Below, piece after piece: positions 1 through 12,449 of a DNA stretch of 64,000 bases; position 1 is the stretch's first letter, and every line of letters starts with the position of its first letter. Under the pieces are notes generated by a model. That model was not told where the DNA came from. It made no database searches and saw only the letters and a list, made by a program, of their open reading frames with translations. The translations under genes and the position numbers were made by a program. The stretch covers positions 124,001 through 188,000 of the forward strand of contig MU058449.1 of the NCBI GenBank assembly GCA_013265495.1, in the 5' to 3' direction. The DNA comes from Vicugna vicugna (taxonomy: Eukaryota).

Positions 1-323
1 TAGAGTCTGGAGAAGAATCCACTTTCAAACTCATTCATAATGTTGGCAAAATTCAGTTCCTTGTAGCAGTAAGTATGAGGTCCCTGCTTTTTGCAGACTG
101 TCAGCTGTCACCCTCTCTGCAACTAGAAGCCGCCTAAATTCCTTCTTAGGTGGCCTCTCACATCCTCAAACCAGTAACTATCTGCCAAATTCTCAAATTT
201 GAATCACTTTGGGTCTTTGTTCCATCACTAGTCTGTATAAACACTACGCTTTTAAAGGCTCACATGATTAGACTGTCTGCTCATAATCTCCCTTTGATAA
301 ACTCAAAGTCAACTAATCAGTAA
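1..323 (-). mobile_element. MaLR (MLT1-like) LTR fragment, interrupted by a SINE
   Basis: GAAGAATCCACTTTCAAACTCATTC...TTGGCAAAATTCAGTTCCTTG and TTTAAAGGCTCACATGATTAG resemble MLT1 consensus motifs. ATCAGTAA occurs at 316-323 and again at 595-602 around the SINE. Confidence 0.55.
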
Positions 324-592
324 TCTTTTTCTTTTGAGTAGTATTTAATATTTGAAAAAATTATTTCTATTTTATTTAATTTATTTTTAATAATTTTTAG
401 GACCAAAGAGATTTTTTTTTGTTTTTAAAAAATATATATTTTTTGGTGTGGGGATGTGATCAGATTTGTTTATTTGTTTGTTTGTTTACTTACTTGCTTA
501 TTTATTTAAATAGATGTGCTGGGGATTGAACCTGGGACCTCGTGTATGTGCATGCTAGGCATGCTCTCTACCACTGAGTTATATCCTCCCTT
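324..592 (-). mobile_element. Camelid tRNA-derived SINE (vic-1-like) with long AT-rich tail
   Basis: Reverse-complement A/B boxes (GGGGATTGAACC...CTACCACTGAGTTATA), (TTTG/TTTA)n tail, flanking ATCAGTAA duplication. Confidence 0.8.
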
Positions 593-624
593 GGATCAGT
601 AAACTTAATTTTCATCTATATAAT

Positions 625-1040
625 ACATTTAAGTTTCCTCCATGATTTTTCATGGCTTGACAGCTCTTTTTTTTTTTAAGTGCCCAATACTATTCCATTG
701 TCTGGATATACCTATACCACGTGTATTTATCTATCCACCTATTGAAGGGCATCTTGTTTACTTCTGAGTTTTGATAATTATGAATAAAGCTTCTGTAAAC
801 ATCTGATTGCAGGTCCTTGTGTAGACAAAAGTTTTCAACTCCTTTGGATAAACACGAAGGAGCACTACTGTTGGACTGTATGGTAGAAGTATGTTTAGTT
901 TTGTAAGAAATCTCCAAACTCTTTCAAAGTGGCTGTACTCTTTTGTGTTTCCACCAGCAGTGTGAGAGAATTCCTGTTGCTCTGTATTCTCACCAGCTTT
1001 TGGTGTTATCAGTGTTCAAGATTTTGGCCATTCTAATGTG
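625..1040 (-). mobile_element. Old L1 3' fragment
   Basis: Typical antisense L1 motifs: TATTCCATTGT...GAAGGGCATCTTG...CCACCAGCAGTG...TTTGGCCATTCTAAT. Confidence 0.7.
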
Positions 1041-2166
1041 TGTGAATATCTGCCTTTTTACTAATATATTCCCTGGATTTAGCACACAACTATGAGATTT
1101 AAAGGAGTAAGAAATATCAAATCATTGTATAACAGAGACAAGTATGATCGCCATGAATTAAAATTTAGAAATTGAAAAAATGAATCACTTCCAAGTTTCT
1201 ATCTCTTGTCTTCTGGAGCCAAATGCAATGCTTTCTAGAAGCAAAAAGCTATAAACTCTGTAAGTTTAGTACTAGAACAACCCCATGAGGTAGCAGGTAC
1301 CTGGACAGACTTCAGGCATCCCTCTTTGGAGCTCCTTGAGTGGGTTGGTCCTGTGGGATTCTATAATATGCTTATCCATACAAAGAATTACAATGTGAGC
1401 TTCAATTCAAGTAAAGATGGCATATGTTTGTTACTCACAAGATCATGAGGTTTGCATCCTTAATGTTCAGTCTAGGACTTCATTTATGTAGGGAACATCA
1501 ACTTCTACTTATTGAATCAATGAGCACATAATATAAATGGTGGATCCAAAATGAAAGTGCCGAACTCTTTCCTACAATATAAAATATGCTCACAATAGAG
1601 AGAAGAAGAAACTAGGAGACAAAACTAGAAATCAACAAAATGTCTTGGATTTCAGGTGAGATCAGGTCAGACATTCAGATAAGCTCTAACAGAGGAGTCT
1701 GACCAGGATAATGAGCTATTAGAAAATATTAGAAGCAGAGGACTAGGGTGAGAAATTTATGAAGGAAGGCTACAAGTTAAGCAAAATTCTGTACAGGTGC
1801 TGTGATTTATTATTTTTCAAATGAGATGGCAAAAATAATTTTATGGTCTAAGAAGTGTACTATATAGCCTGTGGTTAGCTTGAGTTAGGAATTTCTGTAA
1901 GTATAAACTACATTCTGAATTTTGAAAAATTAGTATGGTAAAATGTAAAATATCTTGGGTATGATTTTTGTACTGATTACATTTTGAAATGATAATATTT
2001 TGGCTAAAGCAGGTAAAATATATATTAAAAGTACTTATAACTATACTTTTTATGCTTTTTAATGTGGCTGCTAGAAAGTTTAAAATCATGTATGTGGCTT
2101 AAATTGCATTTCTACTGGGCAGGAAATTTAGAGAAAGCTTAATTTTTTTCATCTCAGGGACCCACC

Positions 2167-3097
2167 ATGTGGTCCAACATCAGTGCTGCTCCTTTTCTAC
2201 TGACTGGCTTCCCACGTCTGGAGAAATTTCATCCTTGGGTCGCCATCTCCTTCTTTGTCATCTATGTGTCCATACTCCTCGGCAATGGCACCCTCCTCTT
2301 CCTTATCAGAGAAGACCATACTCCTTACGAGCCTATGTACTACTTTCTAGCTATATTGGCAGCCACAGACCTTGGAGTGACTTTGACAATGATGCCCACT
2401 GTGCTTGGTGCTCTGTGGCTGAATCACAGGGAGATCAGCCATGGAGCCTGCTACTTCCAGGCCTATCTAACCCACTCACTCTCTGTTGTGGAGTCCGGAG
2501 TCTTGCTCGTCATGGCCTATGATCATTTTATTGCCATCTGCAACCCCCTGCGATATACCTCCATTCTCACCAATACTAAGCTGGTGAAGATAGGCCTAGG
2601 GGATCTAATGAAAGGATTGATACTTATTGTGCCCATAATCATCACCCTCTCCAGATTCCCTTACTGCAGATCCCATGTCCTGTCCCATGCCTTCTGCCTG
2701 TACTAGGATGTGATCAAACTGGCTTGTGCTGACATCGCCTTCAATAGACTCTATCCTATACTCCTGGTCTCTCTAACTGGTTTCTTGGACTCTGCTTATC
2801 CTTATCTCTTATGTCCTAATCTTTAATACTGTCATGGGGATTGCATCAGGTAAAGAGCAGGCTAAGGCTCTAAATATTTGTGTCTCCCATATTGGCTGTG
2901 TTCTGGTTTTCTGCATCACTGTGACTGGGCTGATCCTCATTCACTGATTTGGGAAATATGTGCCACATGTGTTCCATATTATCATGAGCTATGTCTATTT
3001 CTTCTTCCCCCCATTTATGAATCCAATAATCTATAGCATTAAGACCAAGCAGATACAGGATGGCATCAATCGCCTTTTCTCTTTCCGTAGACTCTGA
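2167..3097 (+). pseudogene. Olfactory receptor family 51B-like pseudogene
   Basis: Intronless class I OR motifs (FLLTGFP, EPMYYFL, [15 protein letters not shown], KALNx[20 protein letters not shown]). Premature TAG at 2704-2706, 2-nt deletion near 2791-2794, second TGA at 2945-2947, original stop at 3095-3097. Confidence 0.9.
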
Positions 3098-4664
3098 ACA
3101 TGATCTATTTACTTTGGGGGTTCTCCCCACTGTTGGATGGGTTTCTTGGCAAAATGGACTATATAATGCCAGTGTATCTCAGAATCAAAAGGATTGGAAT
3201 TACTGTCATGTAAAAGACACAGGGCCATAGCTCTGATTCTCACCCACTTGCTCATAACAAACCCCAATGACACTAAACTTGGCTCTATTGCTCTGGTTGG
3301 TAAATTGTTTGCTTTATTTCCTAACTGGCAGAATCACTTGTCTCAATGGTTACCTGAAGTCAAAGACACTTGAAATTGTTTCAGAGTCTACACAAAAAGA
3401 GGAGAATGTGATAGCTTGATAGAGTTCTCCAGCACTCTGAGGAAAAGAGTTCAAAAGTTTTCTTTATGCCTAACAGTGCATCGGAGGTGACGAAGGGTCT
3501 TTGACAACCCCATTGGTACTGCATGGTGGCAGGGTGGGTCAGAAGTAGATGAGAGTAAGATATTCAGACAAAGAGAGGTCTTGCTGCCGAAACAACCAAA
3601 TGCCAAACAAGAACTCAGATTCCAGCAGATGCCAGCATGGCTAGACGCCCACCAAGGATTAGTGAAAAGATTCTGAGTTGATGATATCCGGTGCCTTCCA
3701 TCTAATGGGTTCAGGACTCCAAATAAACTATAATAAAATAGTTTCATTTCTTACACACCTGAGTTCTGGTTCCATGTTCTGCAATTCCTAACCTCTATAT
3801 GTGCTTAATGAAAAAGTGATCCTAATCATGGAAGCATCCTAATAATATGTTTGCAGAGGCAACATTTTGTCTTTTTTTCCTGAATTGGGGGGTTGTTGAT
3901 CAACTGCCTTCAGGAAATATTGTAATTTTGTAGTCATGGAACACATAAGATATTTAAAGAAACTTCACTTAGGGCTTTGCATGCATTTTATTCCTTGCAG
4001 AGTTCAACATGACCAGAATGTATACATCAACAATACAGGAAGAGAAGCTTTATTTTATTAGTTCAACTAGGGGTAGGAAAGGTTAGGTAGTTAGGTTAGG
4101 TAGTTTGATGCATATTAAGCAAAATTATTCACCATGTTGGTGAATGAACTATCAATATATTCAATCAATGACTAGTGCATGGCTTTTTCTTTCTTTTTTT
4201 GAAAAGGAGATACGTGTTCCCATGTTACCAAGATCTTTGGAGTGATTTTCTATAACTGATAGATTCTCCTGTAATCAAATTTACTTCTCCATTGAAGATG
4301 GTTATTTACAAAATAACCTTTGGAAGCCATTGATTTCCCATCATTGTTCGCTCTCATTCTTAATTCTCTTAGCATTCCCCCCTCATTTTAATTGTTTTTT
4401 CCTTGGTTTTGTGAGAGAAAAGAATGAGTAGAACAATTGACATGTGTAACCCCATCAGTTTAAAAATATTTTTTAAAAGGATGTAGAACAACTTAAAAAT
4501 AGGAAAAAAGATACATTTAACAAAACTGTAAGGCAACATGACATAAGTAAGTCTAAGGTAAAAAGTGTCTATAATAGAGAGGTACCTGGAAACAAATTCT
4601 AAGGGAAACAATAAAACAAACATGGTAAATCCACATTTATAAACTATTTAAAGAAGATGTTACA

Positions 4665-4914
4665 GGGGGAGGGTATAGCTTAGTGGTAGAGTGTGTGCTT
4701 AGCATGCACAAGGTCCTTGGTTCAATCCCCAGTAACTCCATTAAAATAAATAATAATAAATAAATAAAGGTAAATAAAACCTGATATCCCCCCAATTAAA
4801 AAAAAAAGGGATAAAATACTCAGCTTTAAAAAGAAAAAATACAGGGAAAAAAGAGTAAGAAAAATAAAAGTTAAAAAATACAGTGACAATTTAGATTGTC
4901 AAATTAAAAAAATT
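4665..4914 (+). mobile_element. Camelid tRNA-derived SINE (vic-1-like)
   Basis: GGGGGAGGGTATAGCTTAGTGGTAGAG...GGTTCAATCCCCAG, A-rich tail, imperfect TSD AAGATGT(T/A)ACAG. Confidence 0.85.
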
Positions 4915-5741
4915 AAAAGATGTAACAGTCATGATCTTATGTTCTTATCATCAAAATAAATAAGCATAAGCATCTAAGAAATATAAGAAGAGACTATAGA
5001 AATGTGGTTCTCAATCAGCTCTAATTATTGTATCATCTTATTTTTGCATACAATTATATGATTTTACAATATGCTATTATAATAGGGAATATGCTATTCC
5101 ATTTAAAAAAGCTAAAGCTTTTTTACACCTTTGTATATAGTAAATCTACCTGTGTCAAATTAGTCATAGGACACAAAATTTAACACAAATCACACAGCAT
5201 GGCAGAAAGAATGTGGATTTTGAAGAAAAAAGGTACCTCTATGCTTGTCTTCTTTACATACATTTGTGATCTTGAACAAGTTAATTAAACTCTGAGTCTC
5301 AGTAAATTCATCTATCTATTAATAATAACAAAATGCACCTTGGAAGAGCTTTTCTTTGTGAATTTGAGAAAATGCATATTGCCATTGACAGTCATGTGTT
5401 CTGTTAATTACATTAACGTCATTATCGCTGGCAAAGACAAGTCTGAAAGTTTTGACCTTAACGTTAAGAAAGAACAACATTTAGCCAGCAGAAAACTATT
5501 AAATGATACGTTTTATATAATGAAATATATAGCTAAAATAATAACTGTTAAATAACATTTTAAAATTATTATTTTCAAAAAATGAAAATGATTATCAAGC
5601 TTTCTCCCTCAGTTACTCCCAACATAGCTTTCTCTTACAAATCCCAGGGCCTCCAGCCCAATGACATGCTTACTTCTGATTCCTTCTTGTCTTCATTTAC
5701 CCTTACATCCTGTATGGATTTAATTGTTCAGTTCTTTACTC

Positions 5742-5834
5742 TTTTTTTTTTTTTAAATGGAGGTACTGGGGATTGAACCCAGGACCTCGTGCATGCTAAG
5801 CATGTGCTCAACCACTGAGCTATATTCATCCCCC
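5742..5834 (-). mobile_element. Camelid tRNA-derived SINE (short form)
   Basis: Poly-T followed by GGAGGTACTGGGGATTGAACCCAGG...CCACTGAGCTATA; flanking TCAGTTCTTTA duplication. Confidence 0.85.
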
Positions 5835-6039
5835 TGCTCAGTTCTTTAGAGACTTTATGTCAGTATCTTATGGTTTTTTGTTTGTTTGTTTCTTTTTAAT
5901 CCATTTTAGACATTTTCCTCCTCTATACTCTTCCGAGAAAACATAACAAACAAAGCAAAATTATCCCTTACTGAGCTTTTAACATTTCCAGGTTTTCACC
6001 AACATTTACATAAATTAATTTACACACATTTTACCAGCA

Positions 6040-6205
6040 ATTTTAGGAGCATTTATTTAATCGTTACAACAACCATTTCAAGAACTTCTATCATCCCCAT
6101 TTTACAGATGAGGAAGCTATAATGCAGTGTGTAGTGAAGACACTAAACCATAAGAAATTAGGGCTCACACACAGACTGGCTCAAGTCCATGTTCTTAACA
6201 ACTAA
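6040..6205 (-). mobile_element. MIR fragment
   Basis: MIR core ATCCCCATTTTACAGATGAGGAA. Confidence 0.6.
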
Positions 6206-7141
6206 TTATAGTAATTTGAAACAAAGCTTCAAATTTAATTTAATCTGATGATTGATCATTCTCAAGTCTCTTCTGCTCTTGTATTTGTTTTCTAAACTCA
6301 AGGCACACATAACAGAACTGCCTAGGAGACATTTCTGCTTGCATACTTATAGATGCAGAATGCCCTAAACTGAGTGGGTTCCCTTAATTCTTTTTCCAAA
6401 TTTAGTGTATAAGACAAAGCTTAGTGCTAAAGAGTCAAACAACAAATAATTGTTGATGACTTAAAAAAACTGTTTTCTTCCTGTGATCCTTTTCTTAATA
6501 TATGGAACTGCTCTCCACTCAGGTAAAATCAGAAAAGCAGACATTATCTTTCACTACTTTCTCTCCTCAATCTACCACCTTCAGTCAGCCACCAACTTCT
6601 CTTCTTCCTGAGTCATAGAATCTTACTCCCATCCAATTCTATCCAGTCCTACTGACAACACCTCATCATAGCCACACCAATACTATTTCTCACTTGGATT
6701 ATTGCAACTGTATTTTATACTCTCTTCACCCACTTTTCTATTTTTCTAATGTCTTCCTCATACTTTAAACAAAGAAAAGATATAATAATGATTATCTGGT
6801 TATGTCCCCTTCCCCCCTTATTTCATACTCATTGCTCTTAGGGTAAAGTCCAACCTCCTTAAATGACCCTACCTGATTAGAACCTGCAACCACAGATACA
6901 TTTTGTGTCAAATTTTCCAACATGTTTTGTTTTAGCTATTCTAAAAATTTTTTAAAATTCATTATATTTTGTCTTGCCTTTGGCCTCCCATCTTCCCTCT
7001 GTTTGGAACTAAACTTTACCGTACTTACAACTATCATATTCCTTATAATTTCATTGCTCAGTTATCAGCTTAAGTCACAATTTTTCTGGGAAGTTTTCTC
7101 TGATTCCCCCAAATATTTTCTATGTATTCTCCTTAGCATGC

Positions 7142-7293
7142 TTTTTTTTTTTTTTTTTAACGGGGGAGGTAATTAGGTTTATTTATTTATTTACTTATTT
7201 TTAGAGGAGGTACTGGGGATTGAACCCAGGGCCTCATGTATGTTAAGCACACACTCTACCACTTGAGCTATACCCTCCCCTTCCCCCTCCCCC
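7142..7293 (-). mobile_element. Camelid tRNA-derived SINE (vic-1-like)
   Basis: Poly-T, GGGGAGGTAATTAGG, (TTTA)n and a reverse tRNA-like head. Confidence 0.85.
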
Positions 7294-9389
7294 AGCATGC
7301 TACCTTTCATATAGTAATGACAGTGTTACGAGCATTTATGGTAAATATTTTCTCTCTAGTACTCATGGCATGGTTACAGTCTGTGAATAAAGAGATCATG
7401 TTCCTCCTTGATAACCTGACACAAAATGATCAATGATCTAAAGATAATGTAATTCGAAGATTAAGTTGGCTGTCCCCCTACACTGGGCTATTAAGAAATC
7501 CACTGATGCTCTTCTGGATAAGAACTTATTTCTCCAAAGAAACAGGAAAGACAAAAATGCAATTGGAGTCATAACCTCTATGAGCAACAGTGGTATATGT
7601 GACCCCTGAGAGAAACTAGCATACATTTGGAACTGAAGGTTCTCCAGAGGCTCACGCAGATGGAAGATCCCAGGTGAGACGGCAAATACTACAGCCAGAC
7701 CACTTTTCTTTAGGAAACATTGACTGTTTCCTGAGGATATTGACTGATGCCTGAAAAGCCTGAGGGCCTTGATTGAGTGGCTCTGCTCCTCCCAGAAAGA
7801 GGAGGGATGGTAGAGAGACCCAAGAGACTCCTGAGTGGCTGTAGAGCTGAAACTCTGGGGAGGTGATTCCTACATGCATGAGGTTTATAAAGGGGCCTCT
7901 TGAGGAGGCTGACTGAGGGAATCACCTGGACTGAGTCTTCAAATAGGGCAGCAGTGAGTCCCTATTCCAGGAGCAAGACTGGAGTCGGGGAGTGTCAGGA
8001 ACAGAAAAATGGAAGGACACCTCTCCCTTCTGATGTTAGATGCAACCAAGGAAAGAATTTAACTTTTTGCCAGAGGCTTGCCTAGAGGGAAGATCCCAGC
8101 TGAGGTGAGGAACTCGGCAGCACAGGCTTTTTCATTCTTTTAAATAAGGGTGTTCAAGGAACTGAGTGAGATTTGGCTTTTCTCCTCTGGGACCCTTGAT
8201 CGGCACAGGATGACTGTGTGTGCCTGGAATTAACTGTGGCTTTGTGTGCTCTTATCCTTTGTCTGGTAGAGGTCTCTAGGCTTTATCAGATCCTAATAGC
8301 AGACTGTGTGTTTACCATAGGAACTCTCTCTTAGAAAGGGCACGGGTCCTTGTTAGCGAGACTCATTAGGAAAATTCCTGGGATTCTGACCTTGGCTCAT
8401 CACCCTAGAGTCTATGGGGGCCTCTCCCTCATCCCGCTCCAGAGGAATGGAGTATACAGAAAGAGTAAATGAGAAAGAGGAGAAATCACAGTCCTCTCCA
8501 TTCACTTGTATATTTGGACTTTGTGATAGATTCACTGTTTACCATTTTCCTTTGAGGTCCATATATCTTTTCTATTCTTTCTTTCCTCAAACAACCAAGT
8601 CTCCCCTCTGTCCCTTCTCCTTCCCCCATATCTCCCATATCTAAGAATCAAGTTATGCTCTCAGATTGAGCACTTTGGGCTGTTTCTGTAGATGTCTGTG
8701 TGTCTTTTGTGTGTGAATAGGAATCTTGTTCACTTAGATAAATGTCATCACATGTAAATCAGGTTGGTAGGGTATCTAGAAAGAGGTCAGGAACGCAGAT
8801 GTATCTATATTGCTTCTTTTTTTTCATGTTTTTAGCATTATAGACCTTATTGAGACACTTATGAACAATCCTTTGCATAAAGTTGCAGAGTGATCATTAA
8901 ACCCAATTATAAACTCCTGGTTCACATTGTGAGCTTCCTCAAGACAGAGACTGTGCAATAAACACAGTGGCAGTCATGTGGCATGTGCTCCCAAATTCTG
9001 TGCAGAGTCAAAATGGTACTTTCCACTTGTCCCAGATGATATAGAGAAATGATGCTTCTACTGGCTCTTTATACTTTTATGTACACATTGTCCCTTGAAG
9101 GACAGACAGTACATCAGATATTGATAAGACAAGACTCCCAGAACCCTAAGAGGTCACTAAAGAAAATACATGCTCTTGGGAGCTGCCTATCAATTTCAGG
9201 ATCATAGTTTCCCCATCTATATCCAGACAAAGTAATTATTAAGCACCTGGTATAATTTTCTTAACATTTATCAGGAAATAAAACCATACACAGCCAGGCT
9301 ATTTTTGCTACATAATACAGGCTTGCATACAGTATGGTCTCACATCTGAGGAAACTGACTATAGGATGCCTAAGCTTGAAGACAGTATC

Positions 9390-9525
9390 TTTTTTTTTTT
9401 TCCCAGTGGAAGTAATTCGGTTTATTTATTTATTTAATGATTTGATGGAGGTACTGAGGATTGAACCCAGGACCTTGTGCCTGCTAAGCATGCACTTACC
9501 ACTGAGCTATACCTTCCCTGGCCCC
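9390..9525 (-). mobile_element. Camelid tRNA-derived SINE (vic-1-like)
   Basis: Same consensus as the other copies; TSD CTTGAAGA(C/A)AGTATCTT at about 9375-9391 and 9526-9542. Confidence 0.85.
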
Positions 9526-9825
9526 CTTGAAGAAAGTATCTTGTACTCTTAGAAATCCACAAACTTTCTTATGGATAAATATTAGGGTCCTCTCTTACTC
9601 CTGTGAAGTTTTCTCCTTGTGTTTTCTCTTTATTCCAAAAGGCTCAGGGACATGACCTACTTTTCTAAGAGCAACCACAGCCTTCTCTATATCTTGTTAT
9701 TTTTCTGACCCACACCTAGCTATGGAGAGAAACACAGTCTCTCTGTTTCTCAAACATTGTTCTGCTCATAAGAAACAGTAAAAACATGTGTCGATTTGGT
9801 CTTGAATGTTTTATTAAATGTCTCT

Positions 9826-9915
9826 GCAAAGACCTAATTTTCAGGGAGTAGCTCAAGGAAATTTTACAAAGCAAAGACCTAATTTTCAGGGAGTAGCTCA
9901 CGGAAATTTTACAAA
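9826..9915. repeat. 45-bp tandem duplication (2 copies, 1 mismatch)
   Basis: GCAAAGACCTAATTTTCAGGGAGTAGCTCA(A/C)GGAAATTTTACAAA at 9826-9870 and 9871-9915. Confidence 0.95.
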
Positions 9916-10751
9916 GTCTCTATAGTCTGGAAATATAGTTAATTATTCTGCATTTCTTTTCTTAGATGAATCCAGGACCTTATGTACTGCTGCATATTTT
10001 TACCCCTGGGGATAGTTCACTATCTCACCCATCTGTCTTTCTCTTCCTTTTATACATTACTCTCTCATCCATGTTTTTAAACCAGAAGCTTTGAGAAGTA
10101 AAACAACATTTGCATAATAATCGTAACTTAAACCTCTATGTGACTTAATTGTGCTTTAATTTTAGGGAACTTTTAGTGTTGGTGGTTTCTATCCCAGTGA
10201 GTACCCTGCTTATGCAGACACAACCTCAGAGCATTCTCTTACACAAGATTTAAATTCTTTGTGATTTGTCCTGATTCTGATCTATTTCTGATATTACGGA
10301 TATCTTATGAAGGAGGGAAGTATTCCACTGCTCGGTACCGAGACATGTCTTGATGCTTCTGAATTTATGGTGAAATAAGACTTCAGCATAAAAGGTACTA
10401 AGTTCTTTATTTTGGGTTGTGGGAACCAAGAAAATGGAAATAGTGGAGATGATTGATACCTTTCAGCTCTCAGAATATTATAATGTGACCGGTCACATGA
10501 GCAACAGTTCATCAAGAGGTAAGTACTGGAAGAAAAAGAGAAAGAGATATGAGGAGACATAGAGAAAGAATTTGAACCTTCAATTAACATCAGGTAATTC
10601 TGGAAAGGGCGGATGCAGAAAGAGAACCAGTGAATGGCGAAGGAGCAATGAAAACTATCATGTGAGGATATTTGGAGGGAATGAAGTAATCAGTCAGGTG
10701 GAAGAATAAAAAAGCATCTACCTCCAAAGACGGAATAGATATGACACGTTT

Positions 10752-10872
10752 AGAGCAGTGCTTCTCAGATATCACTGTGCATCTGAACCACCTGGGGATT
10801 GTGATAAAGTGCACATTTTGATTCAGTGGGTTGGAAGTGGATTCCAAGGCTGTACGTCCAACAAACCCTCAT
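10752..10872. mobile_element. MER5-like hAT DNA transposon fossil
   Basis: CAGTGCTTCTCA...GAACCACCTGGGG...GATTCAGTGGGTTGG resembles MER5A. Confidence 0.55.
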
Positions 10873-11513
10873 ACTTAGTTGTTAATTGTGGCTGGCTATT
10901 GCTTCTGATAGCCAGCCTCTAGAAAGGGGTAACTGCTGGAGTGATAAAGCAATTGGAAGTGATGGTAATGCTTATTGCATTCCATCCAACACTGATACTC
11001 AGTTTCAAAAGCAAACAAAGAAAAGTATTTTAGCTGAAAGTATTTATCATGATTCTGAAAGACAAAATTAAAATCAAAATTAATTGTGCCCCTAAAGTTA
11101 CCAATCACACCAAGAAAGCACTTAAATAAGATTCTTATCCCTTTGTAATTATTCATCTTGCTTGTTGTTGCTATCACTATTGTTGCAAAAAAAAAATCAA
11201 GCATACACACAATATTAGAGTCTGATGTTTTAGGAAAAATTAATGTAAATGTTTCTTTTAATTTGAGAAAAAATTAACCACTAACCTAATTTTTTTTTCT
11301 AATTATGGAAAGACAAGTATAACTCATCTTAAGTGTAACATGCATATCTTTACTCTTCTGCAGGAAAATACTTGCAGTTACATTTATCTCATCAATTAAT
11401 TATCCACAAGTATGAAGATTGTGATGGAAGCTTCTTTGCTACATTATCACTGAAAAATCTGGGTTCCTGGGTAAAAGGTTTCTAGAAGGCTGCTCTCCCC
11501 CTGTGCACATACT

Positions 11514-12449
11514 ATGTGGCCCAATAGGAGTGCTGCCCCCTTTCTGCTGACTGGCTTCCCAGGTCTGGAGGCAGCCCATCACTGGATCTCCATCCCCTTC
11601 TTTGCAGTCTACGTCTCTGTGCTTCTTGGCAATGGCACCCTCCTCTACCTCATCAAGGATGACCATGGTCTTCATGAACCCATGTACTATTTCCTTGCCA
11701 TGCTGGCAGGCACAGATCTGATGGTGACATTGACCACGATGCCAACGGTCATGGGTGTCTTATGGGTGAATCACTGAGACATAAGCCATGGGGCCTGCTT
11801 CCTGCAGGCCTATTTCATTCACTCCCTTTCCATTGTAGAATCGGGTGTCTTGCTTGCCATGGCCTATGACCATTTCATTGCCATCCGCACCGCTCTGAGG
11901 TACAACTTCATTCTTACCAATTCTCGGGTGATGAAGGTAGGACTGGGGGTACTAATAAGGGGCTTTTTATCGCTTGTGCCCCCAATTCTGCTGCTTTTTT
12001 GGTTCCCATATTGCCATTCCCATGTTCTTTCCCATGCCTTTTGCCTCCATCAGGATGTCATGAAACTCGCCTGTGCTGATATTACCTTTAATCGTGTATA
12101 CCCAGTTATTCTGGTTGCTTTGACTTTCTTCCTAGATGCTCTGATTATCTTCTTCTCTTATATCCTCATCCTTAAGACAGTGATGGTCATTGCCTCAGGA
12201 GAGGCACGAGCTAAGGCCCTCAACACGTGTGTCTCCAATATCAGCTGTGTCCTAGTCTTTTACGTCACAGTGATTGGCCTGACTTTCATCCACAGGTTTG
12301 GGAAGCATGCCCCACATGTGGTCCACGTTACCATGAGCTATGTCTACTTTCTCTTTCCTCCATTCATGAACCCCATAATATACAGCATCAAGACCAAGCA
12401 GATTCAGAGAAGCATTGTTTGCCTATTTTCTGTGCACAAAAGGGCTTGA
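11514..12449 (+). pseudogene. Olfactory receptor OR51B2/OR51B4-like, full length (311 codons) with one in-frame stop
   Basis: ORFs 11514-11777 and 11850-12449 are in the same frame. A single TGA at 11775-11777 falls where the paralog has Arg (NHREI). All OR motifs are present and there is no frameshift. Confidence 0.9.

Noticed and set aside
4665..4742. tRNA-like sequences with A/B boxes (also at 5760, 7205, 9445, 20625, 29127, 29420, 48747, 59755)
   Set aside because: Dispersed, diverged copies with AT-rich tails and TSDs are SINE heads, not tRNA genes.
7590..8420. Possible LTR/ERV-like purine-rich segment
   Set aside because: I could not identify terminal motifs or a family with confidence.
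9826..9915. Direct repeat as a CRISPR-like array
   Set aside because: Only two abutting copies with no spacers, in mammalian DNA.
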